From Candidatus Fermentibacteraceae bacterium (GTDB lineage Bacteria; Fermentibacterota; Fermentibacteria; Fermentibacterales; JCC-6): a stretch of DNA of 64,000 nt. The stretch's first letter is position 1. Every line of letters begins with the position of its first letter. Position numbers and translations under genes: made by a program. This document shows, in pieces, positions 56,720 through 64,000 of this stretch. Below the pieces are notes generated by a model. That model was not told the origin of the DNA and did no database searches. It saw only the letters and a list, made by a program, of their open reading frames with translations. The DNA lies in contig JBGSZS010000013.1 in NCBI GenBank assembly GCA_041750285.1, forward strand, positions 1 to 64,000, given 5' to 3'.

Positions 56720-58656
56720 AGGGATGCCAGGATGTCGAGGAAGCTCTCCGGATCAAGGCTGGCGCCCCCCACGAGGGCTCCGTTCACATCGGGCTGCGAA
56801 AGTATCCCGGAAGCATTCCCGGGGGTCACGCTGCCGCCGTAGATGATCCGTGTTTCACCCGCGAACTCTGCGCCGAGGATTTCTCCCAGGCACCCGCGGA
56901 TCAGTTCGTGCACCTCCTGCGCCTGTTCGGCGGTGGCGTTCCTGCCGGTCCCGATGGCCCATACGGGCTCGTACGCTATGGCGAGGTTCGCGGGATCGGC
57001 GCCCCGGATGCCCCTGAGGGCCGCTTCGACCTGGGTCTTCACAACATGCCGGGTGCTGCCGGCCTCCCTCTCCGCAAGTGTCTCTCCCACGCAGAGGATC
57101 CCTTTCAGCCCCGCGATTATTCCGGCCTGAAGCTTCCTCGCAACCACTTCGTCGGTCTCTCCAAGAATGTGGCGACGTTCGCTGTGACCCGCAAGGAACC
57201 ACGAGCAGCCCGCGCCTTTGAGCATGCCCGGGCTGATCTCGCCGGTGAAGGCCCCCTTCTCCTCCCAGTAAAGGTCCTGGCCCCCGAGCATCACACCGGC
57301 GTCTTCGGCGTGACCGGCAAGCCCGGCCAGAATGGTGAAGGGAGGGAAAAGAACGACGTCGGCGCCGAAGTGCATGGAGTTGGAGACAAGAAGGTCGTCG
57401 AGGTAGTCCTGGCCCATCTGGAGCGTTCCGTTCATCTTCCAGTTGGCCCCGACCAGGGGTCTCACGCCCGGAACCGCGATGTGTTTAAGAGCGGGAAGAT
57501 CATTGCCCTGAAGCAGTTCAAGGCTTGCTCCTCCCCCCGTGGAGGCATGGGTGACCTTTTCGAGCGCACCCGCCTCGGTTACCGCCCTCAGGCTGTCGCC
57601 CCCCCCCACGATGGTCACCGCGCCGGCTGCCGTTGCGTCCGCGAGGACGAGTGCGGTTTCCCGGGTCGCCGAGTCGAAGGGGGGCACCTCGAAGAGCCCC
57701 ATCGGGCCGTTCCAGACGATCGTGCCGCTTTTCATGAGAATATCGCGGAAGAGCTCAACCGATCGCGGACCGATGTCGTACCCTGCCATGTCCGGGGGAA
57801 TGGAGTCCCACGGAACAGTGACCGGGGCTTCCTGCGGTGAACGGGCACAGACGTAGTCGACGGGAAGGACGAGGTTCACGCCGGCCTTTTCGGCGCTGGC
57901 CATTATCTCCCGGGCAGTTTCGATACGGTCCTCCTCCACAAGGCTCTTCCCGGTGGAAACACCCTTTGCCCGGCAGAAGGTGAAGGCCATGGCCCCGCCA
58001 ATGAGTAGATCGTCGAGCTTTGGCAGGACATGCTGGATCATGGCCACCTTGTCGCTGACCTTTGCCCCGCCCATGAGAACGGTGAACGGTTTCCTTGGAT
58101 GCGTTATCATCCTGCCGAAAGCCTCGAGCTCCTTCTCAACGAGCATGCCCGCGTACCCGCCGCCCATTGCCTGCGGAACTCCGGCGGTGGATGCGTGCTC
58201 CCTGTGGCAGGTTCCGAAGGCGTCGTTCACGTAGACATCAGCCAGTGATGCAAGAGAGCGGGAGAACTCGGCGTCGTTCCGTTCCTCGCCGGGATGGAAG
58301 CGCAGGTTCTCTATCACGAGGACCTGACCGGGGTGAAGACCCCTGGCCATTGCGGTGACCCTGGGCCCCGAGACACGGTCGATGAAGAACACCTCGTAGT
58401 CTTCCAGCAGCTCGGAGAGCCTCTCCGCCACCGGAGCCATGCTGTACTTCGCCTCGGGGGCTCCCTTGGGTCTGCCCAGGTGGCTTGCCAGGACCACGGG
58501 GCTTCCCTGGTCCAGAATGTATCTCAGGGTGGGCAGCGAGGCGGTTATCCTTCCGTCGTCCATCACGCGGCCGTTCTCGACCGGAACGTTCAGATCCGCC
58601 CTGAGGAAGACGGTCCTGCCACCCGTCCTGACCTCCCTGATCGAGGGGTATCTCAC
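56716..58656 (-). CDS. pgk-tpiA: Phosphoglycerate kinase - triosephosphate isomerase in-frame fusion
   Basis: [30 protein letters not shown], then [24 protein letters not shown]. Confidence 0.96.
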   Translation of the reverse strand: MRYPSIREVRTGGRTVFLRADLNVPVENGRVMDDGRITASLPTLRYILDQGSPVVLASHLGRPKGAPEAKYSMAPVAERLSELLEDYEVFFIDRVSGPRVTAMARGLHPGQVLVIENLRFHPGEERNDAEFSRSLASLADVYVNDAFGTCHREHASTAGVPQAMGGGYAGMLVEKELEAFGRMITHPRKPFTVLMGGAKVSDKVAMIQHVLPKLDDLLIGGAMAFTFCRAKGVSTGKSLVEEDRIETAREIMASAEKAGVNLVLPVDYVCARSPQEAPVTVPWDSIPPDMAGYDIGPRSVELFRDILMKSGTIVWNGPMGLFEVPPFDSATRETALVLADATAAGAVTIVGGGDSLRAVTEAGALEKVTHASTGGGASLELLQGNDLPALKHIAVPGVRPLVGANWKMNGTLQMGQDYLDDLLVSNSMHFGADVVLFPPFTILAGLAGHAEDAGVMLGGQDLYWEEKGAFTGEISPGMLKGAGCSWFLAGHSERRHILGETDEVVARKLQAGIIAGLKGILCVGETLAEREAGSTRHVVKTQVEAALRGIRGADPANLAIAYEPVWAIGTGRNATAEQAQEVHELIRGCLGEILGAEFAGETRIIYGGSVTPGNASGILSQPDVNGALVGGASLDPESFLDILASL

Positions 58657-59669
58657 AACCCGACCTCCGCCATGTAGCAGAGCACGTCCACCATCCTGCT
58701 GGAGTAACCGTACTCGTTGTCGTACCAGGAGAGCACCTTGGCCATCCTGGGACCGTTCATGGAGGTGAGCTGCGAGTCGAACACCGAGCTGTGCGGGTTG
58801 CCCACGATGTCGGTGGACACCAGGGGCTCGTCGGAGTACTGGAGGATGCCCTTCATCGGGCCCTCCGCGGCGCGTTTCATGGCGGCGTTGATCTCGTCGG
58901 CGGTGGTGTCCTTCGACAGGATGCAGACGAGATCGACGACGGAGCCATCAGCAACGGGAACCCTCACGGCCATGCCGTCGAGAATGCCCTTCAGTTCGGG
59001 TATCACAAGCCCTACTGCCGCCGCCGCGCCGGTGGTGGTGGGCACCATGTTTATGGCAGCCGACCTTGCCCTGCGAAGGTCGTCGTGGGGAAGGTCGAGG
59101 ATTCGCTGGTCGTTCGTGTAGGCGTGGATGGTGGTCATGAGTCCCCGTTCGATGCCGAAGGTCTCGTGAAGGACGCTGGCCACAGGAGCAAGGCAGTTGG
59201 TGGTGCAGCTGGCGGTGCTGAGGATCTGGTGTTTCTCGGGGTCGTACAGGAAGTGGTTCACACCGTAGACCACGGTCAGGTCGGCGCCGGGTTTCCCGCT
59301 TGCGGGTGCGCTTATGAGAACCCTTCTGGCGCCGGCGTTGAGGTGCAGGGCGGCCTTCTCCCTGGAGCGGAAGAAACCTGTGGACTCGATGACCACATCA
59401 ACGCCCATGTCCTTCCAGGGCAGCACCGAAGGGTCCCTCTCGCTGAGGACCCTGAACTTGTCGGCTCCGGCCTGTATGTCTTCACCCTGAACCCGGACTT
59501 CGCCGGGGAACCTGCCGTGAACCGAGTCGTACTTCAAAAGGTGGGCCAGGGTGGCTGGATCGGTGAGGTCATTCACTGCCACGACGTCAACGCCGGGCCT
59601 CTTCACGGCTTCACGGTAGACGAGGCGGCCGATCCTTCCAAATCCGTTTATGGCTATCTTCACAGACAT
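58653..59669 (-). CDS. gap: Type I glyceraldehyde-3-phosphate dehydrogenase
   Basis: [27 protein letters not shown]. Confidence 0.98.
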   Translation of the reverse strand: MSVKIAINGFGRIGRLVYREAVKRPGVDVVAVNDLTDPATLAHLLKYDSVHGRFPGEVRVQGEDIQAGADKFRVLSERDPSVLPWKDMGVDVVIESTGFFRSREKAALHLNAGARRVLISAPASGKPGADLTVVYGVNHFLYDPEKHQILSTASCTTNCLAPVASVLHETFGIERGLMTTIHAYTNDQRILDLPHDDLRRARSAAINMVPTTTGAAAAVGLVIPELKGILDGMAVRVPVADGSVVDLVCILSKDTTADEINAAMKRAAEGPMKGILQYSDEPLVSTDIVGNPHSSVFDSQLTSMNGPRMAKVLSWYDNEYGYSSRMVDVLCYMAEVGL

Positions 59670-59680
59670 TGGGTCTCCCT

Positions 59681-60724
59681 TCAGTCCCTGTCGAAAAACA
59701 GCTCTGCGAGTTGGTACAAATCATCGGGAACGGTTTTCAGGGTGCCCACCGCCTCGGCGAGGGACGCTGTCTCTATCGAAGCGCCGCGCAGGACGACGAT
59801 CCTGCCGGTTTCGCCGGACTCCGCCACCTCCACGGCCTTCACTCCGAGCCTTGAGCCCAGAACCCTGTCGAATGCGGAAGGCGCGCCACCCCGCTGCAGG
59901 TGACCCAGCACCACGTGCCTGGTCTCGATACCCGTGCGGTCCTCTATCTCGTTCTTGAGAACCTCGCCGATACCGATACCGGTCCCCAGCTGAACATGGC
60001 CGAAGGAATCGGTTTCGGAGGAGTGGTAGACATGGCGGGCAAGCTGCGGGTCCATGGCGCCCTCGGCAACTGCCACGATGGCGTACCTGCGACCCGCCTG
60101 GAACCTTTTTCTCAGGATCTCGCAGACCTTGTCGGTGTCGAACTCCTTCTCCGGCGTGAGGATGATGTGCGCCCCTCCCGCGAGTCCGCCGTGAACCGCC
60201 ATCCAGCCTGCGTGCCTGCCCATGATCTCGACCACCATTATCCTCTCGTGGCTCATGGTGGTGGTGCGGAGTTCGTCCAGGGCTTCCATCACCCGGTTGA
60301 CGGCAGTATCGAACCCAAACGTGTAGTCAGTCGCGGAGAGGTCGTTGTCTATGGTCTTGGGAACTCCGACCACCATCACGCCCATCTCCGAGAGGATGCT
60401 GGCAACGCCCAGGGTGTCTTCGCCCCCCACGGCTACAAGGCAGTCGATCCTGTTCGCGCCGAGGTTGTCCACGATCCTCTGAAAACCGTTTTCGGTCTTT
60501 CTGGGGTTGGTGCGGGAGCTGAAAAGAATGGTCCCGCCCATGGTGTGTATGCCCCTGACCGAGTCTCGTGTGAGGCTGACCGTGTCGTTCTCGAGTGCGC
60601 CTTTCCAGCCCCTGAGAAAACCGGTCACGGTATGCCCCCCCGCGACGGCCCTGACAACGACGCCCCTGATCACAGCGTTAAGCCCGGGGGCATCTCCGCC
60701 ACCGGTGAGAATGCCGATATGCAA
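59681..60724 (-). CDS. 6-phosphofructokinase (group III, PPi-type signature)
   Basis: [34 protein letters not shown] + TTG. Confidence 0.92.
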   Translation of the reverse strand: MHIGILTGGGDAPGLNAVIRGVVVRAVAGGHTVTGFLRGWKGALENDTVSLTRDSVRGIHTMGGTILFSSRTNPRKTENGFQRIVDNLGANRIDCLVAVGGEDTLGVASILSEMGVMVVGVPKTIDNDLSATDYTFGFDTAVNRVMEALDELRTTTMSHERIMVVEIMGRHAGWMAVHGGLAGGAHIILTPEKEFDTDKVCEILRKRFQAGRRYAIVAVAEGAMDPQLARHVYHSSETDSFGHVQLGTGIGIGEVLKNEIEDRTGIETRHVVLGHLQRGGAPSAFDRVLGSRLGVKAVEVAESGETGRIVVLRGASIETASLAEAVGTLKTVPDDLYQLAELFFDRD

Positions 60725-60734
60725 GACGAACCTC

Positions 60735-61523
60735 CTAGCGGAATCGTTCCGGCGGCCATCCATACGCTTGAACGGCGCGGGTCAGAACATTGAACTCGGA
60801 AAGATTCAGGGATTGCCCCCCGTCGGACAGGGCTTTGTCGGGATCGGGATGGACCTCGATCATCAGGCCGTCGGCCCCGGCCCCAAGCGAGGCCATGGAA
60901 AGCGACATGATGATGTCTCGCCTTCCGGCGGCGTGACACGGGTCCACGATCACGGGAAGGGAGCTTGACTGCCTGGCCAGGGGAACGGCGCTGATGTCGA
61001 GCGTCGACCTGGTCCAGGGCTCGAAAGTGCGTATTCCCCGCTCGCAGAGAACCACCGACTCGTTTCCCTCTTTCAGGATGTACTCTGCCGCGAGAAGCCA
61101 CTCCTCGATGGTGGCCATGAAACCCCTCTTCAGAAGGACGGGTTTGCCGCACCTTCCGATCTCGGTCAGAAGAATGAAGTTGTGCATGTTCCTGGCGCCG
61201 ACCTGGACCATGTCGAGGTAATCGAGGGCCGTCTCCAGCTGAGGGACCGACAGGACCTCGGAGACGACGGGAAGACCGGCATCGCGGCCGGCGCCCTTCA
61301 GCATGGCCAGCCCCTCGATCCCGAGACCCTGAAAGGAATAAGGCGATGTTCTGGGTTTCCAGGTGCCGCCCCTGAGAAGTCCGGCGCCCGAGGCCTTGAC
61401 CGAGAAGGCCACCTCCCGGATCATCTCTTCATTCTCTACCGAACAGGGGCCGGCGATCAGCACCGGCGCGTCTCCGCCGAACTCAGCAGCCCCCACCCGA
61501 ACCCGTCTTATTCCCAATCTCAA
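60735..61523 (-). CDS. aroF: DAHP synthase type I-beta, catalytic domain only
   Basis: IAGPCSVE, KPRTSPYSFQG, VGARNM, LLKRG, CERGIRTF, IEVHP. Confidence 0.92.
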   Translation of the reverse strand: MRLGIRRVRVGAAEFGGDAPVLIAGPCSVENEEMIREVAFSVKASGAGLLRGGTWKPRTSPYSFQGLGIEGLAMLKGAGRDAGLPVVSEVLSVPQLETALDYLDMVQVGARNMHNFILLTEIGRCGKPVLLKRGFMATIEEWLLAAEYILKEGNESVVLCERGIRTFEPWTRSTLDISAVPLARQSSSLPVIVDPCHAAGRRDIIMSLSMASLGAGADGLMIEVHPDPDKALSDGGQSLNLSEFNVLTRAVQAYGWPPERFR

Positions 61524-63184
61524 CCTTTCAGCAGTGTGTTGGATAACATCCGGATGATCTCGCGCAGGGCGGAATCCGACACGGGGCCGGCATTATGGCC
61601 GATTGCGCTGTTGACCTGTTCCTCGAGCCAGTTCGGGTCGAAACCCGCGCCGATGCCCTGCATCAAGGCCGCCCTTGTGTTCAGAAGCCTTATGAGATCA
61701 ACGTCGAGACGCAGGAGCTCACCGCGGTAGTCCGGCTCGACCTCGGTCGTGCCGACCTTTGCCCGGTCCAGCTTTCCCGAGGATGTTTTCGGAAGCCCGA
61801 GAACGAAGCGGAATTCCCTTGGTATCTTGAAGTCTTCCAGACGGTCGGTCAGGAAGCTTCTGAGGTCGGGGCCCGTCAGTGTGCTGCCCGGAGCTGTGAC
61901 GATGTAGGCAACCGGGGTTTCCCCCCGCTGCGCCCGTTCCTCGCCGACCACGCAGACATCCCTGACATCGGGGTGCAGCAGGAGGACCAGCTCGACCTCG
62001 GTCGGGTAGAGTTTCAGGCCCGCGGGTTTGATCATCCCCCCCCTGCGCCCCACGAAATGCAGCCTGCCCTTGACCCGGCTGAAGATGTCTCCGCTGCGGT
62101 ACCAGCCGTCCTGGAACAGCTGCGCCGTCAGCACGCGGTCCCCCATGTAACGTGATGCGAGCCCCGAGCCGCTGACCCAGAGTTCACCCCGTCCCTCCTC
62201 CACCGGCTCACCGTCTTCGTCCCTGAGGATCATCGAGTACCCGGGAACGGCCCTGGAAAGCCCCGGTTTCCCGGGATCGCCAACCAGGGCAACGCCCGAG
62301 GTCTCGGTGCTTCCCCAGACCGGGGTGACGGGCACCCCGGTGCCCCGATGGAAGACCTCCATGAAGCGCTCGTTCACGTGCATCCCGCCCGCTTCGACCA
62401 CCCTGAGGCTCGAGATGTCGGCATCGTCCCTGTCAGACAGTCTGGCGAAGCTCTCGAGCTGCGGGGGGAGACCCATGAGGAATGTTACACGGTGCCGTGT
62501 GACGGCCTCGACGTGCTGCCTGGGATAGACGCCGGGGATGAGAACCGTGCGGGCGCCGAGCCAGAGACCCCTCATGAACAGTTCGTGGGGGTGGCCGATG
62601 ACCCCGAAGAGCGACATGAGAACATCGTCTTCCAGAAGACCCATGGCAGCGGATACCCCGGCGGTGTTGGCGAGGAGCTGTTCATGCGTGGTGGCGGCGA
62701 TCTTGGGCAACCCGGTGGAACCGCTGGTGGCGTTCAGATAGAAATCCGCCCCGGGTGGAACCGACAGTCGCTCGCCCGGTTCGAGGATTGGTGATTCAAG
62801 GTCTTCAGGCCCGAACTCGACGGTTTTCTCGGTGAACTGCACCGGGTCTTCGGATGCGCTCCAAAAGAGCACGATCCTGTTCCGGAAGCGGTTGAAGAGG
62901 GCTTCCCGTTCGTTCGAGAGCCAGTTCGGGTTCAGGCACAGAAAGGCCGCCCCCGTGGCGGAAACCGCAGTGAACGCCACGGGAAGGGCGCATGACCTGT
63001 TCACAAGGACCCCGACAACGCTCTCGGGACCTGCGCCAGCCTCGGTGAGCCTGGAGGCGAGGTGCATCGACGCCTTCTGCCACTGGCTGAAGGTCAGGCT
63101 TCGATCCGGATCGACCAGGGCGGTCTTGTCCCCCCGGCTTCCGGCATGTCTTTCCAGAAGCCCGTGTACGGTGAGTTCAGTCAA
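61520..63184 (-). CDS. AMP-binding acyl-CoA ligase with C-terminal AroQ (chorismate mutase)-like domain
   Basis: TSGSTGLPK, WGSTET, YRSGD, LPKTSSGKLDR; then YRGELLRLDVDLIRLLNTRA..NAGPVSDSALREIIR. Confidence 0.85.
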   Translation of the reverse strand: MTELTVHGLLERHAGSRGDKTALVDPDRSLTFSQWQKASMHLASRLTEAGAGPESVVGVLVNRSCALPVAFTAVSATGAAFLCLNPNWLSNEREALFNRFRNRIVLFWSASEDPVQFTEKTVEFGPEDLESPILEPGERLSVPPGADFYLNATSGSTGLPKIAATTHEQLLANTAGVSAAMGLLEDDVLMSLFGVIGHPHELFMRGLWLGARTVLIPGVYPRQHVEAVTRHRVTFLMGLPPQLESFARLSDRDDADISSLRVVEAGGMHVNERFMEVFHRGTGVPVTPVWGSTETSGVALVGDPGKPGLSRAVPGYSMILRDEDGEPVEEGRGELWVSGSGLASRYMGDRVLTAQLFQDGWYRSGDIFSRVKGRLHFVGRRGGMIKPAGLKLYPTEVELVLLLHPDVRDVCVVGEERAQRGETPVAYIVTAPGSTLTGPDLRSFLTDRLEDFKIPREFRFVLGLPKTSSGKLDRAKVGTTEVEPDYRGELLRLDVDLIRLLNTRAALMQGIGAGFDPNWLEEQVNSAIGHNAGPVSDSALREIIRMLSNTLLKG

Positions 63185-63199
63185 TCCGCTGACCTGCTC

Positions 63200-64000
63200 C
63201 TACTCTTCCTGCTTGGCGCCGCAGGAGGGGCAGAACTTCGCCCCGGCTGCCAGTTCGGCGCCGCACTTCACACAGGGAGTTCCGCCAAGCTTCCTTCCGC
63301 AGTGGTGGCAGAACTTCGCCCCCGCGGGAACAGGCTGGCTGCAGCCCGGACAAAGCTCGGCGAGGGGCTTCCCGCACTCGGGGCAGAACTTGCCGTCTGC
63401 GACCATGGCTCCGCATGAACCGCACTTCACCAGTGCGGCAGCTGCACCCTGGCTGCCCTGGGCCGCCCCGGCATGCATGGACTGGCCCATCATGTTGGCC
63501 ATCGCCATGCCCATTCCAAGCCCTGCGCCCATGCCCACTCCCGCGCCGGCGGCCCCGCCGTCGCCTCCGCCCTGCGCGGCGTCACCCATGGCGGTGGCTG
63601 TCTTGAACCTGAGGTACTGGTCGACATTGCCGATGGCGCCCATGGCGCTCCGCTCGTCGATGCGTTTCTGGACCTCTTCCGGCGGGGTGATCGCGCTTAC
63701 GTAGAAGTCGACCAGACGAATGCCGTACTTCTCGAAGTCATCGCCCATGCGGGCTTTGGCAAGGGTGCCGATCTCGTCGTATGACTGGGCAAGGTCGAAG
63801 ATGCTCTCGAGCGTCTCGCCAAGAAGGTCGGCAAGACGGCTGATTATGATGTTCTTGAGGAACTCCTCGATCGAGTCGGAGCTGTATCGACCTTCGGTGC
63901 CCACCACCTTGTTGACGAACAGCTTCGAGTCTTCGACCTTCATGGAGAAGTTGCCGAAGGCCCGGAGCCTGACCATTGCAAGTTCCTTGTCACGGAACGG
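63200..64000 (-). CDS. SPFH-domain protein with double zinc ribbons (5'-partial)
   Basis: FRDKELAMVRLRAFG, ITPPEEVQKRID; repeated CxxCG..KFCxxCG. Confidence 0.88.
   Translation of the reverse strand, partial: PFRDKELAMVRLRAFGNFSMKVEDSKLFVNKVVGTEGRYSSDSIEEFLKNIIISRLADLLGETLESIFDLAQSYDEIGTLAKARMGDDFEKYGIRLVDFYVSAITPPEEVQKRIDERSAMGAIGNVDQYLRFKTATAMGDAAQGGGDGGAAGAGVGMGAGLGMGMAMANMMGQSMHAGAAQGSQGAAAALVKCGSCGAMVADGKFCPECGKPLAELCPGCSQPVPAGAKFCHHCGRKLGGTPCVKCGAELAAGAKFCPSCGAKQEE

Overview
GC-rich bacterial chromosome segment, probably from an FCB-group anaerobe. Several proteins carry T9SS/FlgD-like C-terminal Ig domains, and the overall style resembles Candidatus Fermentibacteria (inference only). 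Positions 1-4520 are a decaying accessory region: the left end of an IS3-family element, two paralogous stand-alone ParB-type HTH ORFs each followed by a TTGACA box (one with a C10 tract in the spacer), a frameshifted surface-protein gene, a probable internally deleted surface protein and a doubly broken lipoprotein gene. The rest is mostly minus-strand housekeeping operons: purH, nadE, rnr, rarA, apt, pcm, cysS, trpS, truA, rluD, gap, a pgk-tpi fusion, pfk, aroF and plus-strand rpsT, with four tRNAs (Pro-CGG, Pro-GGG, Cys-GCA, Gly-GCC). The most notable observations are: (i) a STAS / RsbW-like / ~1200-aa STAND-like NTPase-HEAT-PP2C partner-switching operon with no sigma factor; (ii) an acyl-CoA ligase fused to a degenerate AroQ chorismate-mutase domain and coupled to a regulator-less DAHP synthase; (iii) several conserved genes that seem to need CTG, ACG or ATT starts; (iv) a 1.9-kb islet splitting tRNA-Gly from tRNA-Cys with a 9-bp duplication; (v) an exported 15-Cys metallothionein-like peptide; (vi) a GGDDF-HEAT fusion. 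All calls come from motifs recognised by eye; no searches were run.
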